Part shown: in pieces, positions 20,186-30,227 of the stretch
How positions within the stretch are numbered: position 1 is the stretch's first letter
Layout of the letters: every line of letters begins with the position of its first letter
Source: Chromatiales bacterium
Lineage (GTDB): Bacteria > Pseudomonadota > Gammaproteobacteria > Thiohalomonadales > Thiohalomonadaceae
Direction: 5' to 3'
DNA length: 33,906 nt
Assembly (NCBI GenBank): GCA_030640985.1
Contig: DAOWII010000107.1
Location: forward strand, 1 to 33,906
Notes under the pieces: generated by a model
Databases searched by the model: none
What the model was told of the DNA's origin: nothing
What the model saw: only the letters and a program-made list of their open reading frames with translations
Position numbers and translations under genes: made by a program

Positions 20186-20265
20186 TCGCGACTCCCCTGT
20201 ATTTAATATAAACCCATCGAACACGGGTTTATAGAATAATAACAATAGCTTAACAATAACTGTTC

Positions 20266-20294
20266 ATTATGGCATTCTGTCCTGGCTACGCCAA
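20266..20294 (-). promoter_or_regulatory. Putative sigma70 promoter of ilvIHC
   Basis: Minus strand TTGGCG-17 nt-CATAAT with a TG extension. Confidence 0.55.
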
Positions 20295-20431
20295 GGGGCC
20301 AGACATTATTAGGCCCTATAAATACAAACAAACCTCTTATTCCCCTTGTGTCGAAGCGGTATTCACCCATAATATTCCATACTAGGGTATAAAGTAGTGC
20401 CATACGGCGACACAACACAAGAGGATGAGGG

Positions 20432-20860
20432 ATGAAGCGACTAATAAGCATATGCCTGGTATTCGGCCTGCTGTGGGGGGGGTATGCCCATGGTGCGATG
20501 TATAAATGGACGGATGATCAGGGCAATACCATTTATTCCCAAAATCCTCCCCCTGATCGCAAGGCGAAATCTATTGCCCCCCCTAAACCAGTGACGCCGC
20601 CAACGACAACCAGTAATAGCAGTCCAGCGAACAATGCTGGAGATGCCGCCAGTGAGCCTGAAGGGGGCAACAACAATAAACCCCTGACAAAAGATGAGAC
20701 CTACGCACAAAACTGTGAAACAGCAATGAGGAACCTGCAGCTCTACAATATTTCATCACAGATCATGACACCGGACAAAAAGGTGGTCACCCTTGATAAA
20801 AAGACCCGCGCATCCAAGATCAAAGAGGCGGAAAGTCAGGTTCAACAGTATTGTAAATAA
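20432..20860 (+). CDS. DUF4124-domain exported protein
   Basis: Signal peptide ending AHG, MYKWTDDQGNTIYSQNPP motif, low-complexity linker, C-terminal NC..C pair. Confidence 0.88.
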   Translation: MKRLISICLVFGLLWGGYAHGAMYKWTDDQGNTIYSQNPPPDRKAKSIAPPKPVTPPTTTSNSSPANNAGDAASEPEGGNNNKPLTKDETYAQNCETAMRNLQLYNISSQIMTPDKKVVTLDKKTRASKIKEAESQVQQYCK

Positions 20861-20865
20861 GCACC

Positions 20866-21210
20866 ATGCCTTTACTTAAAATCCAGACCAATCAGATGAT
20901 TGAGCCAGCAACTAACAAGGCTATGCTCACACGGGCCTCACAAACCGTGAGTGAAATGTTGAGCAAACCCGAGGACTACGTAATGGTCAGTCTGGAATCA
21001 AACCCTTCCATGCTGTTTGCTGGCAGTGATGCCCCGCTTGCCTGTCTTGAACTCAAAAGCCTGGGGCTAGCGGAAGATCGTACTACTGAATATTCCAGAG
21101 TCCTGTGCGAATTCATTGAATCTGAGTTAGGGATTCCTCAAGCGCGTATTTATATCGAGTTCAGCAATGGCCAGCGCCACCTCTGGGGTTGGGATAGTCG
21201 CACTTTTTAG
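20866..21210 (+). CDS. MIF-family (phenylpyruvate tautomerase-like) protein
   Basis: N-terminal Pro (MPLLKIQTN), KPEDYVMV, ELKSLG, RIYIEF, WGWDSRTF. Confidence 0.88.
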   Translation: MPLLKIQTNQMIEPATNKAMLTRASQTVSEMLSKPEDYVMVSLESNPSMLFAGSDAPLACLELKSLGLAEDRTTEYSRVLCEFIESELGIPQARIYIEFSNGQRHLWGWDSRTF

Positions 21211-21346
21211 TGCCAGCGCAAGTCACAAAGCCCAATCTGTTATCATCCACCGTAGCAGATATAATACTGTTCAGGAAAAAACACCTGCTACAGTTTACAA
21301 CTATCGTTTCAGAAGCTTTGATTAATTCAGGAAAAGAAAAAACACT

Positions 21347-23059
21347 ATGCGCACATCCCGATACCTCATCTCAACCCTGAAAGAAACCCCCGCAGATGCA
21401 GAAGTTATTAGTCATCAACTGATGTTACGGGCGGGCCTGATCCGCAAGCTGGCTTCAGGACTCTATAGCTGGCTTCCGATGGGGCTACGGGTACTACGTA
21501 AGGTGGAAAATATTGTTCGTGAAGAAATGAACCGCGCCGGTGGCCAGGAAGTATTGATGCCAGCAGTGCAACCTGCCGAGTTGTGGGAAGAATCCGGACG
21601 CTGGGATCAATTTGGCCCAGAACTGCTGCGTATGCATGACCGTCACAATCGCGAGTTCTGTATCGGCCCCACCCATGAAGAGGTGATTACCGATCTCATT
21701 CGCCACGAACTGCGCAGTTACAAACAATTACCGGCCAACTTTTATCAAGTGCAGATGAAATTCCGTGACGAAGTCCGCCCCCGCTTTGGCGTGATGCGCG
21801 CCCGTGAATTCCTGATGAAAGACGCCTATTCCTTTCACATTAATGATGAGTCGCTGGCCGAGACCTACCAGGTAATGTATGACACTTACTCTCGAATCTT
21901 TGACCGCCTTGGTCTTGAGTATCGTGCAGTATTGGCTGACACCGGCGCCATTGGCGGTAAGGCCTCCCATGAATTCCACGTACTGGCGGACTCAGGGGAA
22001 GATGCTATTGCCTTTAGTGACGGCGGTGACTATGCCGCCAATATTGAAAAGGCAGAAGCGGTGGCCCCGACAAACAAACGTGCCGAGGCCGGGCAAGAGA
22101 TACGCACGATAGAGACGCCCCACCAACACACCATTGAAGAGATTAGCGAGTTTCTCACCGTCGATCCGGCTCAAACTGTTAAGACTCTGATAGTCAAGGG
22201 CGAGGAAGATAGCATTGTGGCCCTGGTGCTACGCGGTGACCATGAGTTGAATGAAGTTAAAGTTGAAAAGTTTGAACAAATAGCCACCCCTCTTTGCTTT
22301 GCAACAGATGAAGAAGTACAGGCCGCTACCGGATGTAAACCTGGCTCCATCGGACCCGTGGGTTTACCCATCCCAATGCTGGTTGATCACAGTGCCGCTC
22401 AACTCGCGGACTTTATCTGTGGTGCCAATGAAGAAGGAAAGCATCTCACCGGAGTGAACTGGGAACGCGATCTGCCGGAACCTGTGAGTGTCGATCTACG
22501 CAATATAGTAGAAGGAGATCCCAGTCCCGATGGCAAAGGCACTTTATCAATTAAACGTGGCATCGAAGTGGGCCACATTTTCCAACTGGGCAGCAAATAC
22601 AGTGAAGCGATGGATGCCACAGTGCTGGATGAAACCGGCAGATCAGTGGTGATGACCATGGGCTGTTACGGAATCGGTGTCTCCCGTGTGGTCGCCTCTG
22701 CCATTGAACAAAATCACGACAGCAGGGGTATCATCTGGCCCGATGCCATCGCTCCTTTTCAGATTGCCCTGTTGCCCATTAATTTGAATAAATCTGAACG
22801 CCTGCGTGAAGCAGTAGAAAAACTTTACGCCGAACTTCAGGCCAAAGGTATTGATGTATTGCTGGATGATCGTGGCGAACGCCCGGGGGTAATGTTTGCC
22901 GACATGGAATTAATCGGTATTCCACACCGTCTGGTGTTGAGTGATCGGGGACTGGATGCCGGCACTATCGAATATAAGGGCCGTCGTGACAGTGACAACA
23001 CTGATATCAAACTGGATGAACTGATGGCGTTTCTGGATTCGCGTTTTAACCCGGTCTGA
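21347..23059 (+). CDS. proS: Proline-tRNA ligase with insertion editing domain
   Basis: [53 protein letters not shown]. Confidence 0.99.
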   Translation: MRTSRYLISTLKETPADAEVISHQLMLRAGLIRKLASGLYSWLPMGLRVLRKVENIVREEMNRAGGQEVLMPAVQPAELWEESGRWDQFGPELLRMHDRHNREFCIGPTHEEVITDLIRHELRSYKQLPANFYQVQMKFRDEVRPRFGVMRAREFLMKDAYSFHINDESLAETYQVMYDTYSRIFDRLGLEYRAVLADTGAIGGKASHEFHVLADSGEDAIAFSDGGDYAANIEKAEAVAPTNKRAEAGQEIRTIETPHQHTIEEISEFLTVDPAQTVKTLIVKGEEDSIVALVLRGDHELNEVKVEKFEQIATPLCFATDEEVQAATGCKPGSIGPVGLPIPMLVDHSAAQLADFICGANEEGKHLTGVNWERDLPEPVSVDLRNIVEGDPSPDGKGTLSIKRGIEVGHIFQLGSKYSEAMDATVLDETGRSVVMTMGCYGIGVSRVVASAIEQNHDSRGIIWPDAIAPFQIALLPINLNKSERLREAVEKLYAELQAKGIDVLLDDRGERPGVMFADMELIGIPHRLVLSDRGLDAGTIEYKGRRDSDNTDIKLDELMAFLDSRFNPV

Positions 23060-23062
23060 GCT

Positions 23063-23656
23063 ATGATTCGGGGAGAGGGCAGCACTATGTACCGCACTAT
23101 AAAGTATAGTATTTGTTTTGCTTTGTTGGCGTTATCCAGCGCGATTCATGCTGTTTCACAAACCGAATCTAATCAGCAATTAAAACAGCGCCTGACCCAG
23201 GCGCTGGCTGAACACGAAGGCTTTAGTGACCGTTTCGATGCCGAGGTCTGGCTAACGGATATGACAGCCCGCTTTAAGGGGAATCGACTAAAGGAAGAAG
23301 AGCGTCTCCAATTATTAAAACAGGTCCATCTCGAAGCAACACGGGCAGAACTGGCCCCCGAACTGGTACTTGCTCTTATTGAAGTCGAAAGTAACTTTGA
23401 TCAGTTTGCAATTTCCAGCGCCGGAGCCCAGGGCTTAATGCAAATCATGCCTTTCTGGCTTAAGGAAATAGGTCGGACCGGAGATAATTTATTTAATATC
23501 AGAACTAACCTGCGCATGGGTTGCACCATTTTACGCCATTACCTGGATATAGAAAAAGGCAACATCACCCGCGCCCTCGCCCGTTATAATGGCAGCCTTG
23601 GCAGCTACAGATATCCCAACAAGGTTTTCACAAAACTCCGCAACCGATGGAACTAA
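23063..23656 (+). CDS. SLT-domain lytic transglycosylase (start 23063 or 23087)
   Basis: IEVESNF catalytic Glu, AISSAGAQGLMQIMP, ALARYNGS; signal peptide; follows proS. Confidence 0.92.
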   Translation: MIRGEGSTMYRTIKYSICFALLALSSAIHAVSQTESNQQLKQRLTQALAEHEGFSDRFDAEVWLTDMTARFKGNRLKEEERLQLLKQVHLEATRAELAPELVLALIEVESNFDQFAISSAGAQGLMQIMPFWLKEIGRTGDNLFNIRTNLRMGCTILRHYLDIEKGNITRALARYNGSLGSYRYPNKVFTKLRNRWN

Positions 23657-23700
23657 TAAAGCTTTAACCCTTTCACTTTTTATTGTGTCCCGGCCTGTTT

Positions 23701-24000
23701 TTACTCCATCCATTCAAAAAACTTTGGCAAAACCACAATGGCAATCAGGGTTGCCATGATTACATCCCGATCAATGCTCCATGACTCCAGCATTTCGGTG
23801 GGAAGGTTGGCCCCGACACTCAGACTCACCACCAACACTATTAATGCCAAATTACGATAGATGATAAGCCCGGTAATCACCCAGGCAGCCAGTGCAGCCT
23901 TAAGATAATCAGGCTCCAGTCCAAGATGTGCGATATAACTCTCAGGAAGATTAATCCCGATACTCATAAACAAAACCAGAAAAACCAGGAAAAACCTCAT
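23701..24000 (-). CDS. Small hypothetical membrane protein with an internal two-fold repeat
   Basis: GGAGG RBS before ATG at 24000; repeated SIGINLP..LGLEPDYL / SVGANLP..WSIDRDVI units between hydrophobic helices. Confidence 0.75.
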   Translation of the reverse strand: MRFFLVFLVLFMSIGINLPESYIAHLGLEPDYLKAALAAWVITGLIIYRNLALIVLVVSLSVGANLPTEMLESWSIDRDVIMATLIAIVVLPKFFEWME

Positions 24001-24219
24001 GCCCACCTCCATTTCAGGAAACAACATGATTTCCTGCATATCCTTTATCCGTTCTCCAGCTGATGTCATCAGCATCACATCACTCCGGAGAACCTCTGAT
24101 TAAAGATAGCCACTGGTGGACTCAAAGCAAGTAAGAATATGATTGACGGAAAATAACATAGTGAAGCGGGAAAGATCGGATATCAGAAGGACAAGGATCG
24201 GGGCGTTCATCATCCAAAT

Positions 24220-24258
24220 AAAAAAGGCGGCCCTCTTTACCGAAAAGAAAGGCCGCCC
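24220..24258 (-). terminator. Rho-independent terminator after the DUF4389 gene
   Basis: GGCGGCC/GGCCGCC stem with an A run on its left (T tail on the minus strand). Confidence 0.8.
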
Positions 24259-24286
24259 ATAACTGTTTGCTGAGACTGATATATAA

Positions 24287-24682
24287 CTATGCTTCACCGG
24301 CCTCTGATGCAGAACCCTGGCCAGATTTCCCCTTGGGTTTGGCTTTTGGTTTCGCTTTTGGCTTGGGTATGGCATTTTCCTTTGGTTTTGCCGCTTTTTC
24401 ACCCTGTGCTTTTTTAGGCCATTCACCGAAAGGATAAGGCTTCTCTTCTGAGTTGAAACCCAGGAAGCGAACAACCTCATAGATATAGCTAGCAATATTC
24501 TGGCTCAATTCCAGCAGGCGATCATTGGTATTGCCCGTGAATAGTTTGGTGCCAAACTGAAATAGCACCACAATGGTTAACACAATCTCTGCAATACCAT
24601 AGAGCACGCAAAATAGCAGCATGTACAGGCCACGGATCCAGGTACTGCCCGATTTAAGGTTTTCCTTCATTTGTTCTTCCAC
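24287..24682 (-). CDS. DUF4389-domain membrane protein with Lys/Pro-rich tail
   Basis: WIRGLYMLLF, N.RL..L...I..YIY....FL.FNSEEKPYPFGEWP; RBS AAGGAG before GTG. Confidence 0.85.
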   Translation of the reverse strand: MEEQMKENLKSGSTWIRGLYMLLFCVLYGIAEIVLTIVVLFQFGTKLFTGNTNDRLLELSQNIASYIYEVVRFLGFNSEEKPYPFGEWPKKAQGEKAAKPKENAIPKPKAKPKAKPKGKSGQGSASEAGEA

Positions 24683-24788
24683 AGTAATTCTCCTTACATG
24701 CTTAATTATTTCGACTTAGTACGAAGCTGCCTTCATCATTCAATGATAGATCATACCACTGTTTGACTATGCCACTACACAATCAGCT

Positions 24789-25508
24789 TCAATATGCCCG
24801 TGCCCAGGCAGGCACCCGTTCGCCGGCCTTGCGCAGGCTCCTGTCGTAGTGTGCATAATCGGGCATTTTTTCCGCCACCAACTGCCAATAGCGTGGGGAA
24901 TGATTCATGTGTACCGTGTGGCACAACTCGTGGACCAACAAGTAGCGCACCATCTCCGGTGGCAAAAACAACAGACGGTAATTAAGACTAATGCTCTTTC
25001 GAGAAGAGCAACTTCCCCAGCGAGTCTTTTGCCCACGTATGCTTACCTTCCCGTATGGCAGTTGCAACTCACAGCTAAGGGTGTCCAGGAGCGGCACCAG
25101 ATGTTCGCGAGCCTTGCGGGCCAACCACCGCTGTAGTGGTAAAAGCCAGTCATGCTCACCGGCGGTTACACACAGCTCCCCATGGGTTAACCGACACCGG
25201 CGGGCACCGGGGTTGTCACGGTACCGCACTGGCCATTGCTCATTCACTGCAGGCAATTCAATCAGCTCTGGCCTTACTCGAGCGACCTTTTGCCGGGCAG
25301 CAGCCACATCAAGCGTGCGCACCAACCAGTCACGCTGCTTTTCCAGAATAGCGGGCAATTGACGTTGATCGAAGCCATGAGGTACCACCACCTCCACTTC
25401 GGCCGAAGGTAAAATCCGTAGCCGTACATACCTGACGCGCGAGCTGATCCGTAGTTTTATTTCGATGGACTCAGCACCACTAAGCCGAAACAACCGGCTC
25501 TCATCCAT
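24789..25508 (-). CDS. YgjP/DUF45-like SprT/M48 zinc metalloprotein (start uncertain)
   Basis: QKTRWGSCS, ISLNYRL, YLLVHELCH..HMNHSPRYW. Confidence 0.88.
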   Translation of the reverse strand: MDESRLFRLSGAESIEIKLRISSRVRYVRLRILPSAEVEVVVPHGFDQRQLPAILEKQRDWLVRTLDVAAARQKVARVRPELIELPAVNEQWPVRYRDNPGARRCRLTHGELCVTAGEHDWLLPLQRWLARKAREHLVPLLDTLSCELQLPYGKVSIRGQKTRWGSCSSRKSISLNYRLLFLPPEMVRYLLVHELCHTVHMNHSPRYWQLVAEKMPDYAHYDRSLRKAGERVPAWARAY

Positions 25509-25657
25509 CGTGTTTGCCCTATTATTGGCAAGGCTTTTTCTGAAGGGTTTACTCAGGAACATCCCAGGAAGGATAACAGTGAACACTGACTATCGTCAGT
25601 AGTATGAAGATAAAAACTATAGGTTTGTAGAAGATTAGACCCGTCGAACCTTTCCGT

Positions 25658-25996
25658 TTATATGGCTAGACTCTTGCTTTCGTGTCCATATTCAGCAACA
25701 CAGTAGTCCTCAGCCTGCGGGACCAGCAGATTCACGGCATCATTGAAATTATAACCGTAAAACTCTTTTACATAGTTGTGTACATCATCCAGCCCTTGCT
25801 GCTCCAGTTTCAGATCTTCCAACACAGCACGAGCCAAATTGCAGCACTCCCGTTCAGGCATACCCATGGTGAAGACCCTGCCGTCCTGGCGAAAGCCCAC
25901 TCTAAGCATACCCTTACGAATTTCATTGAAAACCTGTTTTATCTCTTCGTGACGACGGTTTTCATAGCTTAACTGAACAACAATTCCGTATCGCAT
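25658..25996 (-). CDS. Hypothetical protein, possible VapD/Cas2-like ferredoxin fold
   Basis: MRYGIVVQLSYE..EIRKGMLRVGFRQDGRVF..YVKEFYG..NLL; likely ATG at 25996. Confidence 0.6.
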   Translation of the reverse strand: MRYGIVVQLSYENRRHEEIKQVFNEIRKGMLRVGFRQDGRVFTMGMPERECCNLARAVLEDLKLEQQGLDDVHNYVKEFYGYNFNDAVNLLVPQAEDYCVAEYGHESKSLAI

Positions 25997-26104
25997 CGTT
26001 CCATGTCCTGGATAGTATTCTGTCAATCTAGCAGTCAAATCAGGGGATAACATTGACTAATGTCACGTTTCTACATAAAGAACCAGATGTATTAGAATAA
26101 CCCT

Positions 26105-26890
26105 ATGCACAAATATGGAGGCACCATTATTCACACCAGCCGTGATGAACATGGCCTGATTGAGGTTGTAGAGAACCGGGTTCAACGCTCGCTACACTTT
26201 GGCTCTGAGCCCAAACAAAGCAGTATGCTGCTCCATGACCCATTGCGACTGGCACTCTCTTATACCCGCGCTATGTTGTCAGCCCTGCTACTTATAGACA
26301 TTCCGAAACGCATTTTGATTATAGGGCTCGGCGGGGGCTCCATGGCCAAATTTCTGTTTCATCACTTTCCACAGAGTCATATCGATGCGGTGGAATATCG
26401 GGAAAATGTAATGACACTGGCTCATGCCTATTTTCAATTGCCCCAGGACTCTCGCCTGACGACACATATTCAAGATGCTGGCGATTTTGTCTACTGTACC
26501 GATCCCGCAGCATACAACGAATATGACCTGATTCTAGTGGATGCCTATGATGCCGAGGATATGTCTTTCGCTGTATCGGGCCAACACTTTTACCAGGCTT
26601 GTCAGCAGCGTTTATCCCCCACTGGGGTGCTGGCCACTAATTTGTGGGCAAATGGCTCTATTAATATCAAGGACACCTTCAAAGCACTGAAAAAAAGTTT
26701 TTCCGGCAGTATATTCCAGCTACCCATCACAGAAAAAGATAATGTCATTGCTATCGCAAGCAATCAAACCATTAATTATCGCCAATTACGCCCCATGGAG
26801 GCCAGGGCAAAAAACCTGGAGACCCAGATGAATATCGAGTTTCCCGCTTTCCTGCGCACCCTGAAAAGTATCAAGCGCCAATGGTTCTAA
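26105..26890 (+). CDS. Spermidine-synthase-like SAM-binding protein / methyltransferase
   Basis: RSLHFGSEPKQSSM, LSYTRAM, ILIIGLGGGS, DAVE, YDLILVDAYD, GVLATNLW. Confidence 0.85.
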   Translation: MHKYGGTIIHTSRDEHGLIEVVENRVQRSLHFGSEPKQSSMLLHDPLRLALSYTRAMLSALLLIDIPKRILIIGLGGGSMAKFLFHHFPQSHIDAVEYRENVMTLAHAYFQLPQDSRLTTHIQDAGDFVYCTDPAAYNEYDLILVDAYDAEDMSFAVSGQHFYQACQQRLSPTGVLATNLWANGSINIKDTFKALKKSFSGSIFQLPITEKDNVIAIASNQTINYRQLRPMEARAKNLETQMNIEFPAFLRTLKSIKRQWF

Positions 26891-27347
26891 GCCTGTTTTC
26901 ACTATCCAGTGATATTCCATCAAAAAAAACATAATTATTTTTTATCTAGATCATCAGCTGAATCATTACTATATCCAGACGGCTTCACATAAATGTAAAT
27001 ACTTAAACTTCCGCTCCAAGTCTTTACCACTGTTAACAATAATTTACCCCAGTGCAGCCTCGGAGAGGCTATATCTATAGTAAAACACTTGGTTTTATGG
27101 TTTCATAACTACCGTTTATCCCGTCGGGCACGAATTTTTCCATAAACAAGGGTTTCACTTTTTAATTTATTAGTCTAGGTTTATAGGTTCCAGTGTCCAC
27201 TGACAGTGGGTGGAAGAGCGCGGATCCTGTTGCGCTCTTAAGTAAGGAGTAGGGCTGTCGTAGAAAGTGCAACGTTGGAAATATCACACAGATTACCGGA
27301 TTTGATAATTCAGGTTTCACATTAACCAGACTTAGGGAGAGATAACC

Positions 27348-27674
27348 ATGATCAAGGAAACGTCTGCAAACGAAAATGGCAGGATAAATATTATGCTCAA
27401 CTATGGCCCACTGGGTCTGGTGAGAGCCACTACCCATCATATTCATGTCGATGGCATGAGCATTGATACGGGAAATATCAGCCTGCCCTGTCATTCAGAA
27501 GTTGAGGTGACCTTGTCATTCCGCAAAGGGAACAAGCTTTTTGTTCACCAAATAGACGCCCTGGTTACAGATACCTCTCAGGACAAAACTCAACTGAGCT
27601 TTACTAATCTTCAAGAAGAAGCCATACCTGAACTAAAAGCTGTACTGGAATCCAAACTCCCGACTTACCAGTAG
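27348..27674 (+). CDS. Small protein with a degenerate PilZ-like beta-barrel
   Basis: LGLVRATTHHIHVDGMSIDTG..LP..SEVEVTLSF..HQIDALV..QLSF follows the PilZ strand pattern; RBS GGGAGA. Confidence 0.55.
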   Translation: MIKETSANENGRINIMLNYGPLGLVRATTHHIHVDGMSIDTGNISLPCHSEVEVTLSFRKGNKLFVHQIDALVTDTSQDKTQLSFTNLQEEAIPELKAVLESKLPTYQ

Positions 27675-27712
27675 CCCTCTAAATCTAAAGTACTCAAAAT
27701 AAGTAGTGCTCT

Positions 27713-27745
27713 AAAAAGCCCGGTAGACGAAATACCGGGCTTTTT
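27713..27745. terminator. Bidirectional terminator between the PilZ-like gene and ilvD
   Basis: AAAAAGCCCGGTA-7 nt-TACCGGGCTTTTT. Confidence 0.92.
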
Positions 27746-27759
27746 ATTTTCCACGAACC

Positions 27760-29604
27760 TTATAGCTGGCTGACGTCTCTTACTGCTCCCCTGGAAGCGC
27801 TGGTAGTCAGTGCCGCATAGGCCTTAAGCGCATTGGAGACCACCCGTTGACGATCCACCGGCTTCCAGGCTTTATCGCCTTTAGCATCCATGGCCTGTCG
27901 GCGCCGAGCCAGGGTCTCATCGGATACAGCTACCCCAATGACACGTTTGGGAATATCGATCTCAATGGTATCGCCTTCTTCCACCAAAGCAATGGCACCA
28001 CCTTCCGCGGCCTCCGGCGAAGCGTGTCCAATAGAAAGGCCGGAGGTTCCACCTGAGAAACGACCATCGGTGATCAGGGCGCAGGCCGCACCTAGTCCCT
28101 TGGATTTCAGGTAAGTAGTGGGGTAGAGCATCTCCTGCATACCCGGTCCGCCCCGTGGCCCTTCGTAGCGGATCAGCACTACATCCCCGGGTTTGATTTT
28201 ATCTGCAAGAATGGCCTCTACTGCAGCATCCTGACTTTCAAAAATACGGGCCGGACCGGAGAAGGTGAGGATGCTCTCATCAACACCGGCGGTTTTCACC
28301 ACACAACCCTCTTCGGCAATATTGCCGTAAAGTACCGCCAGGCCACCGTCCTTACTATAGGCATGGGCCATATCGCGGACACAGCCATTTTCCACATCCA
28401 GATCCAGGCTCGGCCAGCGCTTGTCCTGACTAAAGGCCTGCTGAGTCGGCACATTGCCCGGCCCGGCAAGGAAGAATTTCTTCACCTCCGCATCATCGCT
28501 GCGCCGAATATCATACTTATCCAGGGCCTCGGCCATGGTGGCGCTATGCACCGTTGGTAAGTCGGTATGCAACAAACCACCCCGCTCCAGTTCACCCAGG
28601 ATGCGGAACACGCCACCGGCACGATGTACATCTTCCATGTGATACTTCTGGGTGGACGGGGCCACCTTGCACAGGTTGGGTACCTTGCGGGAAAGTCGGT
28701 CGATGTCATCCATAGTGAAGTTCACCTCACCTTCCTGGGCTGCGGCCAGCAGATGCAGGATGGTATTAGTGGAACCGCCCATGACAATATCCAGACTCAT
28801 GGCATTTTCAAAGGCCTCGAAGGTAGCGATGGAACGGGGCAATGCCGACGCATCATCCTGCTCGTAATAGCGCCTCGCCAAATCCACGATACGTCGCCCT
28901 GCTTCCAGGAACAGGTTCTCACGATCCGCATGGGTAGCCAGCATCGAACCGTTGCCGGGCAGGGACAGCCCCAATGCCTCGGTCAGGCAGTTCATGGAGT
29001 TAGCGGTAAACATACCGGAGCAGGAGCCACAGGTAGGACAGGCGGAACGCTCCATGGTCAGCACCTCTTCATCACTCTTTTTATCATCCGCCGCCGAGAC
29101 CATGGCATCCACCAGATCCAGATGCACTTCCTGACCATCGATGATGGCCTTGCCCGATTCCATGGGCCCACCGGATACAAAAATAACCGGGATGTTCAGG
29201 CGCAGAGCCGCATTGAGCATTCCGGGAGTGATCTTGTCACAGTTGGAGATGCACACCAGCGCGTCGGCACAATGGGCATTCACCATGTACTCCACCGCAT
29301 CGGAGATGATTTCCCGCGAAGGCAGAGAATAAAGCATGCCGCCATGACCCATGGCGATGCCATCGTCCACCGCAATAGTATTAAACTCTTTGGCGACACC
29401 ACCAGCCTTTTCAATCTCCCTCGCCACCAGTTGCCCCATGTCCTTAAGGTGTACGTGACCCGGCACAAACTGGGTGAACGAATTGGCGATAGCGATGATA
29501 GGCTTATTGAAGTCATCATCTTTCATGCCGGTGGCGCGCCACAGGGCGCGGGCGCCGGCCATGTTACGGCCGTGGGTGGTAGTACGTGAACGATACTCGG
29601 GCAT
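27760..29604 (-). CDS. ilvD: Dihydroxy-acid dehydratase
   Basis: [60 protein letters not shown]. Confidence 0.99.
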   Translation of the reverse strand: MPEYRSRTTTHGRNMAGARALWRATGMKDDDFNKPIIAIANSFTQFVPGHVHLKDMGQLVAREIEKAGGVAKEFNTIAVDDGIAMGHGGMLYSLPSREIISDAVEYMVNAHCADALVCISNCDKITPGMLNAALRLNIPVIFVSGGPMESGKAIIDGQEVHLDLVDAMVSAADDKKSDEEVLTMERSACPTCGSCSGMFTANSMNCLTEALGLSLPGNGSMLATHADRENLFLEAGRRIVDLARRYYEQDDASALPRSIATFEAFENAMSLDIVMGGSTNTILHLLAAAQEGEVNFTMDDIDRLSRKVPNLCKVAPSTQKYHMEDVHRAGGVFRILGELERGGLLHTDLPTVHSATMAEALDKYDIRRSDDAEVKKFFLAGPGNVPTQQAFSQDKRWPSLDLDVENGCVRDMAHAYSKDGGLAVLYGNIAEEGCVVKTAGVDESILTFSGPARIFESQDAAVEAILADKIKPGDVVLIRYEGPRGGPGMQEMLYPTTYLKSKGLGAACALITDGRFSGGTSGLSIGHASPEAAEGGAIALVEEGDTIEIDIPKRVIGVAVSDETLARRRQAMDAKGDKAWKPVDRQRVVSNALKAYAALTTSASRGAVRDVSQL

Positions 29605-29714
29605 GTCGTTTCCTTAGGATTCAGGCTTAACTGTAAAACACCCGATTATACGACTATCAGCGCAAAAGATAACCATCCCTTTGCTTGAACTATGGGTATA
29701 ACTCCACCAGGCAC

Positions 29715-29736
29715 AAAAAAGCCCCTGTTCGGGGCT
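29715..29736 (-). terminator. Rho-independent terminator for the small gene 29789-30016
   Basis: AGCCCC-TGTTC-GGGGCT stem preceded by A6. Confidence 0.7.
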
Positions 29737-29788
29737 GGGGTATGAATTGCCTAGAATTATAGAGTGATAGCTCACCCGTTCCAGTAGG

Positions 29789-30016
29789 TTAATCAGTTAC
29801 TTTAAACGTCTCTTGAGCAACGGCTGGAAAATTTTCTGCCATCGATATTTCATTAGCAGGAATCACACCATCCCCACCTCTTGTAGGCCCACTCTCCCAA
29901 CTACTGGGGAACGCCGTACCAGGAGCAGCAAAGGTACTGACTGAAAAAATCAAAGCATAAGCCAGGGCAAATGTAATTACTGGCCAAATCATCAGTTGTT
30001 TTATTGACATACTCAT
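29789..30016 (-). CDS. Small putative exported protein (75 aa)
   Basis: AAGGA RBS, signal-peptide-like N-terminus ending STFA-A, own terminator. Confidence 0.55.
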   Translation of the reverse strand: MSMSIKQLMIWPVITFALAYALIFSVSTFAAPGTAFPSSWESGPTRGGDGVIPANEISMAENFPAVAQETFKVTD

Positions 30017-30227
30017 ATCCTTTGAGAAAACATATCACTCTTTTGATGGGAAAGAACTGCAAGTAGATTAACCATAGTAGATATCTTTGTGTTGGCAAGG
30101 AGATTGAGGAAAATATAAAGTACATAATTCTTTAGATGAGTCAGGTACTCAACAAATTCTGTTAATATTGATGCCTCTTTTCTGTGGCCTGTTATCTGCC
30201 ACCTACTGTCCATCAAAAAATAAACCC

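Noticed and set aside
24100..24495. 131 aa minus-strand ORF
   Set aside because: Alternative frame overlapping the DUF4389 gene and reading through its terminator.
27162..27494. 110 aa minus-strand ORF, and a c-di-GMP riboswitch call for the 27.2 kb region
   Set aside because: The ORF is antisense to the RBS-supported PilZ-like gene; class I c-di-GMP riboswitch motifs are not evident on either strand.
28567..29589. 340 aa plus-strand ORF
   Set aside because: Antisense shadow of ilvD.
30013..30227. ARG boxes upstream of argE, and ORF 30013-30216
   Set aside because: No convincing TGAAT-N4-ATTCA palindrome; the ORF lacks an RBS and motifs in AT-rich promoter DNA.
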